Of a stretch of DNA of 64,000 bases, positions 54,828 through 64,000 are shown piece by piece. The translations under genes were made by a program, and so were the position numbers. The first letter of the stretch is position 1; each line of letters opens with the position of its first letter. The stretch is from contig NC_134034.1 of assembly GCF_964204645.1 (NCBI RefSeq), positions 11,358,962-11,422,961 on the forward strand. The letters run 5' to 3'. The notes under the pieces were generated by a model. The model was not told where the DNA came from and did no database searches. It saw nothing but the letters and a program-made list of their open reading frames with translations. Source of the stretch: Tubulanus polymorphus. Lineage: Eukaryota > Animalia > Nemertea.

Positions 54828-55829
54828 ATGAATACATCTTCAACTATGTCAACGATCAATCCTCTGCGAGGTTGTAAGATAAATGTCTCAACAGAATCTC
54901 GTATGTTTTATGAGACAATCATAGGTTTTCCAATACAGTTTATCGGGTTCATTTTGAATGTTATTTGTTACTGTGTATTAAGGAAATTTCCGTTTAATTC
55001 TGGTTACTATGTTCTACAAATGCTCGCTGTCACGGACGCTTTATATCTATTCACATCGATGCCGATGAACAGCATTGGGCTGCTGTGGGGTTATCTACGT
55101 TTCGGGAAGTTTTACAAGTACGGAGTTTGGAAAGCATTTCTCCCGGAAGTCGACCTCATACTTCACCCGTTGACGGAATGCATGATGATAATCAGGAATT
55201 GGTTGGTGGTAATGCTCAGTCTTGAGCGTCTCATCGCCATTTATTTCCCGTTAAAATCCGGACTCTGGCTCACCAAGACATACATGCGTCGTCTTACTAT
55301 TGCGCTCTACGTCATCGTTATCTGTGGTAGTTACCACCAATTTGTTTACAAAAAATTGTATGCCAGGTCATCGTGTTACTACATCTATTCAAGATGGCGC
55401 TGGTACTATAATTATGATACCACGCTAATGTTGGCGACAATTGAGATGCTTTCAGTAAGTATATTCGCATTCCTGTTTCCATTTTTGGCACTGGTTGCCA
55501 TAAATCTGATCATCTTGGTTTTCATGTTAAGTTATCTAAAAAGACAAAGTCGCTCAGACTCGGTAGATAGTAAAGGCAGCGCCCGGTCTATAGTGAAAGC
55601 AACTAGAACAATCGGTTTGGTTGTCATAGCTTTCTTCTTATTCGAGACGCCATCCGCCACATTGCAGGTACGTTACTGTGTTTATTTGCTTCAAGGTTTG
55701 GACGCGGCACCCATATCTGGCGAGCGTATGTACGGACTGTTACTGAGTCAAATCGACTCGTTCGTCAATTTCTTCATCTATTTCATCGTCAACAAAACAT
55801 TTCGAACAGCTTTAACGAAGTGTAAATAG
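54828..55829 (+). CDS. Class A orphan GPCR, copy 7 (333 aa)
   Basis: Intact ORF with the same motifs. Confidence 0.93.
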   Translation: MNTSSTMSTINPLRGCKINVSTESRMFYETIIGFPIQFIGFILNVICYCVLRKFPFNSGYYVLQMLAVTDALYLFTSMPMNSIGLLWGYLRFGKFYKYGVWKAFLPEVDLILHPLTECMMIIRNWLVVMLSLERLIAIYFPLKSGLWLTKTYMRRLTIALYVIVICGSYHQFVYKKLYARSSCYYIYSRWRWYYNYDTTLMLATIEMLSVSIFAFLFPFLALVAINLIILVFMLSYLKRQSRSDSVDSKGSARSIVKATRTIGLVVIAFFLFETPSATLQVRYCVYLLQGLDAAPISGERMYGLLLSQIDSFVNFFIYFIVNKTFRTALTKCK

Positions 55830-57314
55830 AGTCTGGGACAGTGTTAGAATCATGATCCGCCGCATCAATCTGCAGCTACAGAAACACCAGACATTCGACG
55901 ACATTTTATCGGCAAACTTTCAAAAACTGAGCGTCCACATTTCGCATGTGTTCAGGACATCATGTGAGACATTTTGAAAATGAACTACAAACACCAGACA
56001 CTGGACATGAATATATACCTCATGCACAGCGAACTTTTTCCTTTTTTTCTGTTCAAATGTAGCCAAATAATAAAACTTTTCTAAAGAATAACAGAAACAA
56101 ATCAGATACTAGATGTTTTGATATACAGTGGCTTCATTCCGTATGTAGATTTTCAACGTAGTATTTTACAATCGACTTATTATGTATTTATGGAATGACA
56201 TTGACATTAGTCGTGGAATCCAATGAAATAGGTTGTATCTTTATTATACAATACTGGAATGTGATGTTTTTAGTAGACGATCTCTTTTTGATGAATGCTT
56301 TAAAGATTGAATGTTTGCAGATGTCTGACTGAGGTTGCTTTTTGGAGCCGTAGATCGAGTGTTGCTAATGGACGAATTAGTAGGAACCATCGAACACCGA
56401 TCTGGACACCAATAGAGTCTTTAGTGAATTTAATTTAGATGATTGCAAAGCGTCGGGCAATTTTCATAATGGGAAATGGTCGATATAGTGGAATAATGGT
56501 TGACCCGGCCGGCCACCTATCTACCCTGTACATTTTTAAATCATGACCAGGCTTTCGAAATCAGACCCGGTAGTTATAGAAATGAACTGATTATCAATTT
56601 TATTGAAAAATAACCCAACAAGGAATCATTTCTCTATGGCCTAATGATTGATAATGATAATGGTAATTGATTTATTCATTTATATTGCATCGAACTGTGA
56701 ACTAATCTGCGCGCGGTTTATTTCGCGAGAATAAAATACAGCACATACAGATATAGTCATCCGCACTCGAGTGAAAATATATATATACGTCTTCAAAAGT
56801 AGATTTTGAGGTGACGCATTTTCGATCGTGCAATTCTAGAAATATTTCGAAATATACGCTTGATTTTCTACTTGGTGAACGTTTGAATTCGTGGGCGTCG
56901 CCGACTTGTGTGAAATCAGGTGATTATCGTTTAGAATCTACAGAGTGACGACAGGGTGTGTCTATCCAGAGAACTGTGAATCGGTCGACAGGAGCTCCCC
57001 CGATAGTTCCGGCTGATCTCTATCAACCTGGAGAGCTACAGAATCGAGAATGTTTCATGAAGTTCTCCGATCTTCCAGTGAATTGATTAAAACGACGCAT
57101 ACGTTAAACATCATTTTGATGCACAAAGCGGAATTTGTGACCTGTTGTCTCATCACGCTGATAGTTCACGGGTGTCCAAGGCCTGAGCTAAAATCAGCCA
57201 CGCTCGATTTGTCATTTTGACACCGTTTACTAAATCCCTCGACTGGACCCTGGAATATCATATATCAATATCTGCACACTATTTAGACTTCTGAGGTATT
57301 TCTGTTCGGCAGAT

Positions 57315-58316
57315 ATGAAAACATCATCAATTACGTCGACGATCAATCCTCTGCGAGGTTGTAAGATAAATGTCTCAACAGAATCTCGTATGTTCTATGA
57401 GACAATCATAGGTTTTCCAATACAGTTTATCGGGTTCATTTTGAATGTTATTTGTTACTGTGTATTAAGGAAATTTCCGTTTAATTCTGGTTACTATGTT
57501 TTACAAATGCTCGCTGTCGCGGACGCTTTATACCTTTTGATATCGATGCCGATGCACAGCATTGGGCTGCTGTGGAGTTATCTACGTTTCGGGAAGTTTT
57601 ACAAGTACGGAGATTGGAAAGCATTTCTCCCGGAAATCGACCTCATACTTGTCCCGTTGAAAGATACTGTGATGATAATCAGGAATTGGTTGGTGGTAAT
57701 GCTCAGTCTTGAGCGTCTCATCGCTATTTATTTCCCGTTAAAATCCGGACTCTGGCTCACCAAGACATACATACGTCGTCTTACTATTGCGCTCTGCGTC
57801 ATCGTTATCTGTGGTAGTTACCACCAATTTGTTTTCGAAAAATACTATCGCAGGTCATCGTGTTACTACATCTATTCAAGATGGCGCTGGTACTATTATT
57901 ATGGTCACACACCAATGTTGGGGACAATTAAGACGTTTTCAGTAATTATATTCGCATTCCTATTTCCATTTTTCGCACTGGTTGCCATAAATCTGATCAT
58001 CCTGGTTTTCATGATAAGGTATCTAAAAAGACAAAGTCGCTCAGACTCGGCAGATAGTAAAGGCAGCTCCCGGTCTATAGTGAAAGCAACTAGAACAATC
58101 GGTTTGGTTGTCATAGCTTTCATCTTATTCGAGACGCCATCCGCCGCATTGCAGTTACGTTTCTGTGTTTTTTTGCTTCAAGGTTTGGACTGGGAACCCA
58201 TAACAGGCGAGCGTATGTACGGACTGTTACTGAGTCAAATCGACTCGTTCGTCAATTTCTTCATCTATTTCATCGCCAACAAAAAATTTCGAACAGCTTT
58301 AACGAAGTGTAAATAG
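57315..58316 (+). CDS. Class A orphan GPCR, copy 8 (333 aa)
   Basis: Intact ORF with the same motifs. Confidence 0.93.
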   Translation: MKTSSITSTINPLRGCKINVSTESRMFYETIIGFPIQFIGFILNVICYCVLRKFPFNSGYYVLQMLAVADALYLLISMPMHSIGLLWSYLRFGKFYKYGDWKAFLPEIDLILVPLKDTVMIIRNWLVVMLSLERLIAIYFPLKSGLWLTKTYIRRLTIALCVIVICGSYHQFVFEKYYRRSSCYYIYSRWRWYYYYGHTPMLGTIKTFSVIIFAFLFPFFALVAINLIILVFMIRYLKRQSRSDSADSKGSSRSIVKATRTIGLVVIAFILFETPSAALQLRFCVFLLQGLDWEPITGERMYGLLLSQIDSFVNFFIYFIANKKFRTALTKCK

Positions 58317-59782
58317 AGTCTGAGGCAGTGTTAGAATCATGATCCGCCGCATCAATCTGCAGCTACAGAAACACCAGACATTCGACGACATTTTATCGGC
58401 AAACTTTCAAAAACTGAGCGTCCACACTTCGCATGTGTTCAGGACATCATGTGATACATTTTGAAAAATGAACTAAAAACACCAGAAACTGGACATGAAT
58501 ATATACCTCATGCACAGCGAACTTCTTTCTTTTTTTCTGTTTAAATGTAGCCAAATAATAAAACTTTTCTAAAGAATAACAGAAACAAATCAGATACTAG
58601 ATGTTTTGATATACAGTGGCTTCATTCCGTATGTAGATTTTCAACGTAGTATTTTACAATCGACTTATTATGTATTTATGGAATGATATTGACATTAGTC
58701 GTGGAATCCAATAATGAAATAGGTTGTATCTTTATTATACAATACTGGAATGTGATGTTTTTAGTAGACGATCTCTTTTTGATAAATGCTTTAGAGATTG
58801 AATGTTTGCAGATGTCTGACTGAGGTTGCTTTTTGGGGCTGTAGATCGAGTGTTGCTAATGGACGAATTAGTAGGAACCATCGAACACCGATCTGGACAC
58901 CAATAGAGCCTTTAGTGAATTAGATTTAGATGATTGCAAAGTGTCAGGCAATTTTCATGATAGAAAATGGTCGATATAGTGGAATGATGGTTGACCCGGC
59001 CGGCCACCTATCTACCCTGTACATTTTTAAATCATGACCAGGCATTCGAAATCAGACCCGGTAGTTATAGAAATGAACTGATTATCAATTGTATTGAAAA
59101 ATAACCCAACAAGGTATCATTTCTCTTCGGCCTAATGATTGATAATGATAATGGTAATTGATTTATTCATTTATATTGCGTCGAACTGTGAACTAATCTG
59201 CGCGCGGTTTATTTCGCGAGAATAAAATACAGCACATACAGATATAGTCATCCGCACTCGAGTGACAATATATATATACGTCTTCAAAAGTAGATATTGA
59301 GGTGACGCATTTTCGATCGTGCAATTTTAGAAATATTTCGAAATATACGCTTGATTTTCTTTATATTCTACTGATAGAACGTTTGAATTTGTGGGCGTCG
59401 CCGACTTGTGTGAAATCAGGTGATTATCGTTTAGAATCTACAGAGTGACGACAGGGTGTGTCTATCCAGAGAACTGTGAATCGGTCGACAGGAGCTCCCC
59501 GGATAGTTCCGGCTGATCTCTATCAACCTGGAGAGCTACAGAATCGAGAATGTTTCATGAATCTCTCCGATCTTCCAGTGAATTGATTAAAACCACGCAT
59601 ACGATGAAAACCATTTGATGCACAAGAGCGGAATTTGTGACCTGTTGTCTCATCTTGCTGACAGTTCACGACTTAATTTGTCATTTTGACACCGTTTACT
59701 AAATCCCTCGACTGGACCCTGCATTATCATAGTAAGATTCTGCACACTATTTAGACTTCTGAGGTATTTCTGTTCGGCAGAT

Positions 59783-60796
59783 ATGAATACATCTTCAACT
59801 ATGTCAGCTACCTCGACGACGATCGATCCTCTGCGAGGTTGTAAGATAAATGTCTCAACAGAATCTCGTATGTTTTATGAGACAATCATAGGTTTTCCGA
59901 TACAGTTTATCGGGTTCATTTTGAATGTTATTTGTTATTGTGTATTAAGGAAATTGCCGTTTAATTCTGGTTACTATGTTCTACAAATGCTCGCTATCGC
60001 GGACGCTTTATATCTACTCATATCGATGCCGACGCTCACCGCCGGGCTGCTGTGGGGTTATGTACGTTTCGGGAAGTATTATAAATATGCCAATTTTAAA
60101 GGTTTCCTTCCGGGTGTCGACCTTATCCTATATCCGTTGGTGCACTGTTTGATGCCGATCAGGAATTGGTTGGTGGTAATGCTCAGCCTTGAGCGTCTCA
60201 TCGCTATTTATTTCCCGTTAAAATCCGGACTCTGGCTCACCAAGACATACATACGTCGTCTTACTATTGCGCTGTACGTCATCGTTATCTGCGGTAGTTA
60301 CCACCAATTTGTCTTCGAAAAATTCTATCTCACGCCATCGTGTCCCTACATCTATTCAAGATGGCACCAGTTCCATTATTATGATCACAGACCAATTTTG
60401 GGGACAATTAAGAGGTTTTCAGTAATCATATTCTCATTCCTGTTTCCATTTTCAACACTGGCTGTAATAAATCTTACCATCCTGGTTTTCATGATAAGGT
60501 ATCTGAAAAGACGTAGTCACTCAAACTCGGCAGATAGTAAAGGCAGCTCCCAGTCTTTAGTGAAAGCAACCAAACTCATCGCATTGGTTGTCGTAGCTTT
60601 CTTCTTATTCGAGACGCCATCCGCCGCATTGACGATGCGTTATGATATTTCTATGTTTGCAGGCTTTGCCGGGGAAACCATATCTGGCGAGCGTTTGCTC
60701 GGACTGTTACTGAGTCAAGCTGACTCGTCCGTCAATTTCTTCATCTATTTCATCGTCAACAAGAAATTTCGAACAGTTTTAACAAAGTGTAAATAG
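59783..60796 (+). CDS. Class A orphan GPCR, copy 9 (337 aa; divergent terminal copy)
   Basis: Intact ORF with the same motifs and the most divergent extracellular loops. Confidence 0.93.
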   Translation: MNTSSTMSATSTTIDPLRGCKINVSTESRMFYETIIGFPIQFIGFILNVICYCVLRKLPFNSGYYVLQMLAIADALYLLISMPTLTAGLLWGYVRFGKYYKYANFKGFLPGVDLILYPLVHCLMPIRNWLVVMLSLERLIAIYFPLKSGLWLTKTYIRRLTIALYVIVICGSYHQFVFEKFYLTPSCPYIYSRWHQFHYYDHRPILGTIKRFSVIIFSFLFPFSTLAVINLTILVFMIRYLKRRSHSNSADSKGSSQSLVKATKLIALVVVAFFLFETPSAALTMRYDISMFAGFAGETISGERLLGLLLSQADSSVNFFIYFIVNKKFRTVLTKCK

Positions 60797-61530
60797 AGTC
60801 CGGGGCAGTGTTGGAATCATGATCCGCTACATTAAACATCGACATTCGACTTTTAATCAGCAAACTTTCAAAAACTGACCGACCACACTTTTACGTGTTC
60901 AGTACTTCAACAGAGAAATTTCTTATTGAAAATGAACTACAAACACCAGACATTAGATATTTTATCAGAACACTTTCAAAAACAGATCGTCCACACTTCA
61001 CATGTGTTCAGTACTTCACTAGAGACAATTCTAATTGAAAATGAACTACAGACATCAGACATTAGACATACCTCATGAACGAGAGCGAATTGTTTTCCTT
61101 TTTTTTGTTCAAATGTAGCCGAGTAATAAAAAATGTTTCGGGAATAACAGCAATTAACCAGAAAGATGTTTTGATAGCCTTACAAAATAGATTGAAAACA
61201 ATATATTCCCCGGATATAGATTTTGAATGTTATCGCGCACCTGCAGCAGACACTAGTATACAGCATAACGCGAAACACGTCACGTGACTATACATGTAAT
61301 TTTCTCTGACGCTTTGAAGACAGAATAGCGACGGAAATTGCTGCTCCTCAATCGTAGAACAGAAGCCGAAAGAATCGGCGAAAGAATATTAACTGAATAT
61401 TAACTGTAATGTCAGTGCAACATACGAGTAGTTAGGGCATGTCACTCCAGGACAGGAGCGAGTGAGTGGGGATCATGAGGGACGTCACTTCAGTCCACCT
61501 CCTCCCCCCTCCCCTCACTTATCCTAACCA

Positions 61531-61882
61531 CAGGGGCGGATCCAGGGGGATGGGTAGACAGTATTGGAAGGAAATTTAAGGGCACCTTTCTGATCTTAGG
61601 GCACACCCAGTACCCAGGTCAATGCGAGTGCTGAAGGTGCGACGTCCTTCGAAGGGGGTATGGGGGCCCTCCCCAGAACATTTTGAAAATATGGTACCAT
61701 TTACAGGCTTTTAGAGGGCTTCTAGAGACTAGCAGAGCAATCCAGAATAAACGACCCGGACACGGAATTAGCGGTTGCTGAAATAATGCCTTTAAAAATA
61801 TTGCCGGTGAAATTTCGAAGGGCACTTAAAAATTCTAGACCGTATTGGGCAATACGGCTAATACGGTCTGGATCCGCCCCTG
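61531..61882. mobile_element. MITE with TIR CAGGGGCGGATCCAG
   Basis: Perfect 15-bp inverted ends with no clear TSD. A related element lies at ~38419-38659. Confidence 0.75.
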
Positions 61883-62246
61883 AACTACTCATACGGTTAC
61901 GTGGAACTGAAACATCCATTCATGCCATTCGATTTAAACGAAGAATTCTAAAAGAAAAAAAGATTTGACTGATCATCGAACTATATATCTGTAGTACTTT
62001 GATTTCCGAAAATCAAACCCGCGGTTTCATTCCGGGCAGTGTGATTTGACACAACAAATTGAAAATAAAAACTCGTTCTTCGCCAGGACAACGCTCGACT
62101 GGAATTAACTGCCGGATAACATCGTCTGCTCCGGTACAACTGAGGCCCAACTCACCGGTATCATAATAAGTCTAACATAAAATTACAGATTACAGAGGCC
62201 AAAAGACCTGCTTATATTATATTCATCTTTTTTGTTTAAATTTCAG

Positions 62247-63699
62247 CTACACGGAATCTAAACGGCGACGGATGGTGCAGTGTATGGAGTCATTCCCACG
62301 TGATAACGTTCGACGATCGTGTTTATCATTTCGACGGATCTTGTTCGTACATTCTGGCTAAAGACTGCGTGCTCGATACGTTCAGTATTACTATGGTTAA
62401 CGATGACCAGTGCAAGTCTTCCAGTTTATGCGTCCGGTATCGTGCTCTTTATTAACCTCCCATCCTCTACTCACCACCAGATGGCGCCACGAAACACTGA
62501 GTCACTCATAGTGAAAATCCAGTTCATTTTCTCGATTGAATTTGAACTCGATTTTTAGGCTGCCTTAGTCGAATATCGTCAAACGAGTCGTCGGATAGAT
62601 ATAAAATTCCCTTTCTCGCTCAGTGTATGGTACAAATTTCACTGAAAATTGATAAGAAAAATATCCGAAAAAAATCGAATCGAATCTAATTGAAATGTAG
62701 AAGGAATTGAAGCGCGATAGCCGATTAACTACTAGTGACTCCTAGCGGATTATCGCGGAATCGATTTAGAATACCAAACGTGAAAATTGATGATATCAAA
62801 TATTTCTATTCGAACGATATAAATATTTCACATTTTTCTGTCTATTTTGCAGTGAAGTTATAATCGATGTCGGATCGGACAGCTGTCGTCTGGGCCTCGT
62901 CAACGGAACACAAGTCGTTAAAATCAACGACAACGAAGTGGCCACGCCCACCGACGAAAATGGATTCCTCATCGAAAAGGTTCGTATATTCGCCGGTCCG
63001 GAGATCGACGGAATTCTATCAGCATTGGTGTCGTAGAATCAGATGCCCCTCCCCCACAATGTCAGATCGCCCCAAAAATAGATTAAGTAGAGAGTCATAA
63101 TGGGGCTGTTGACCCTAATCCTAACCCTTAATCCTGAGATATATTGTAAGAGGGCATAGATATGGGGAGGCATTTCACTCTACGACACCTGCTCCTGGAC
63201 CCAGTTGCACAGTCGTGACTTAAGTCAAAAAAGATGTTCTTGAATCTTAAGACTGGTCTCAAGTTGTTAGAATTGGCTCGACAACTAAGTCGACCTTAGA
63301 CTGGTCTTAAGTATAAGCCACGACCGTGCAACCGGTCCCCGCTTTGACACTCGGGATTAACTCAAATGATTATCAATTGATTCATTCCCCGTGGATTAAG
63401 TTGAAGAAATCAAAACTCGTTCTGGATTATCTCCCTGTTAATTATGAGATCTGTTGCTATACGCTTGTTATAGGTTTCAATGTTCACACAAGTGAGTTTC
63501 CTCGACTCGAATGTTAAAGTTCGCTGGGACGGTCTGGACGGTGTGACCGTGTTTGTCGAAGATTTGTTCAGTAACAAATCGTGCGGCTTATGCGGTAATT
63601 TCAACGGCATCCGGGACGACGACTTCCGGCTTAAAGACAACACGCAGACGACGGTCATCGCTGACCTTGTCAACGACTGGAAGGTCATTGACCCTAAGG
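62247..63699 (+). CDS. von Willebrand factor type D (VWD) domain exons (VWF/SCO-spondin/mucin-like protein); continues beyond the window; probably the 3' continuation of the gene at 36743
   Basis: Exons 62247-62436, 62853-62979, 63474-63699: WCSVWSHSHVITFDDRVYHFDGSCSYILAKDC...VKVRWDG...NKSCGLCGNFNGIRDDDF...DLVNDWKV. The first exon needs a phase-1 upstream donor, which matches 39328. Confidence 0.88.
63027..63189. mobile_element. Small MITE with internal CCCTAA-like motifs
   Basis: TIR GGTGTCGTAGA / TCTACGACACC with internal ccctaatcctaaccctta. Confidence 0.6.
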
Positions 63700-64000
63700 G
63701 TAAGTGCGGGCGAAATGAAAATGGATCCAGGTTCAATTTCACAGCGACAGCCGGCAATCTAGAAATTTAAGATACAGGACATAAGAGACACAATCACGGG
63801 ACAAGTTTGCAAAGATTATTAAAAAAAAACAATCATAAGACCATCTTAGTTCTTTTGAAAATCCAACAACATAAGTTTATGCCATTGCTGTTGTACGTAA
63901 CTTGGTATTCCTGAAGATGACTTTTAGAATCTAGTAGAAACGATGAACTAAACTAGACTACTAGTTCTACGAAACATTTTCGGACTTGAAAATAATTTTT

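Larger units (their letters stand above)
39388..61180 (+). repeat. Tandem array of nine ~2.5-kb units, each a 1-kb GPCR ORF plus a ~1.5-kb spacer
   Basis: ATG positions 40249, 42754, 45255, 47727, 50222, 52369, 54828, 57315, 59783. Spacers are nearly identical among internal units. Homology starts ~60 bp after the host donor at 39328. Confidence 0.97.

Noticed and set aside
63110-63138. Interstitial telomeric repeat
   Set aside because: Only 3-4 degenerate CCCTAA-like units, inside a small MITE.

Overview
Eukaryotic, intron-rich genomic DNA from an AT-rich invertebrate (lophotrochozoan-like gene and repeat content; taxon not determinable from sequence alone). Genes from left to right: (1) the first exon of PHGDH (-), head-to-head with a 15-exon ICE2/NARG2 gene (+, ~1294 aa); (2) a BTB-BACK-kelch gene (-, 568 aa) whose probable 3'UTR holds a 2-kb two-variant minisatellite; (3) a shared promoter leading to two tandem ARF1 genes with homogenised exons; (4) TMEM177 (-); (5) a signal-peptide + sushi gene (+) whose phase-1 intron (39329-62246) appears to contain nine tandem, same-strand, single-exon class A GPCR genes before resuming with VWD-domain exons. 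The most notable observation concerns those nine GPCR ORFs. Each is preceded by CAG|AT-ATG, an acceptor in frame with the host's phase-1 donor, and each is followed by a poly(A) signal. The locus could therefore work as a constant ectodomain plus one-of-nine variable 7TM terminal exons, versus a secreted VWD isoform. This is an untested hypothesis. The receptors are sequence mosaics with variable extracellular faces and an unusual R3.39/D2.50/D7.45/E6.48 core. Introns hold many MITEs, a tRNA-derived SINE and a Penelope-type palindrome with minimal hammerhead motifs. A tandem CTCF-motif array lies between the ARF1 copies. All exon models were built by hand from GT-AG sites and phase continuity.
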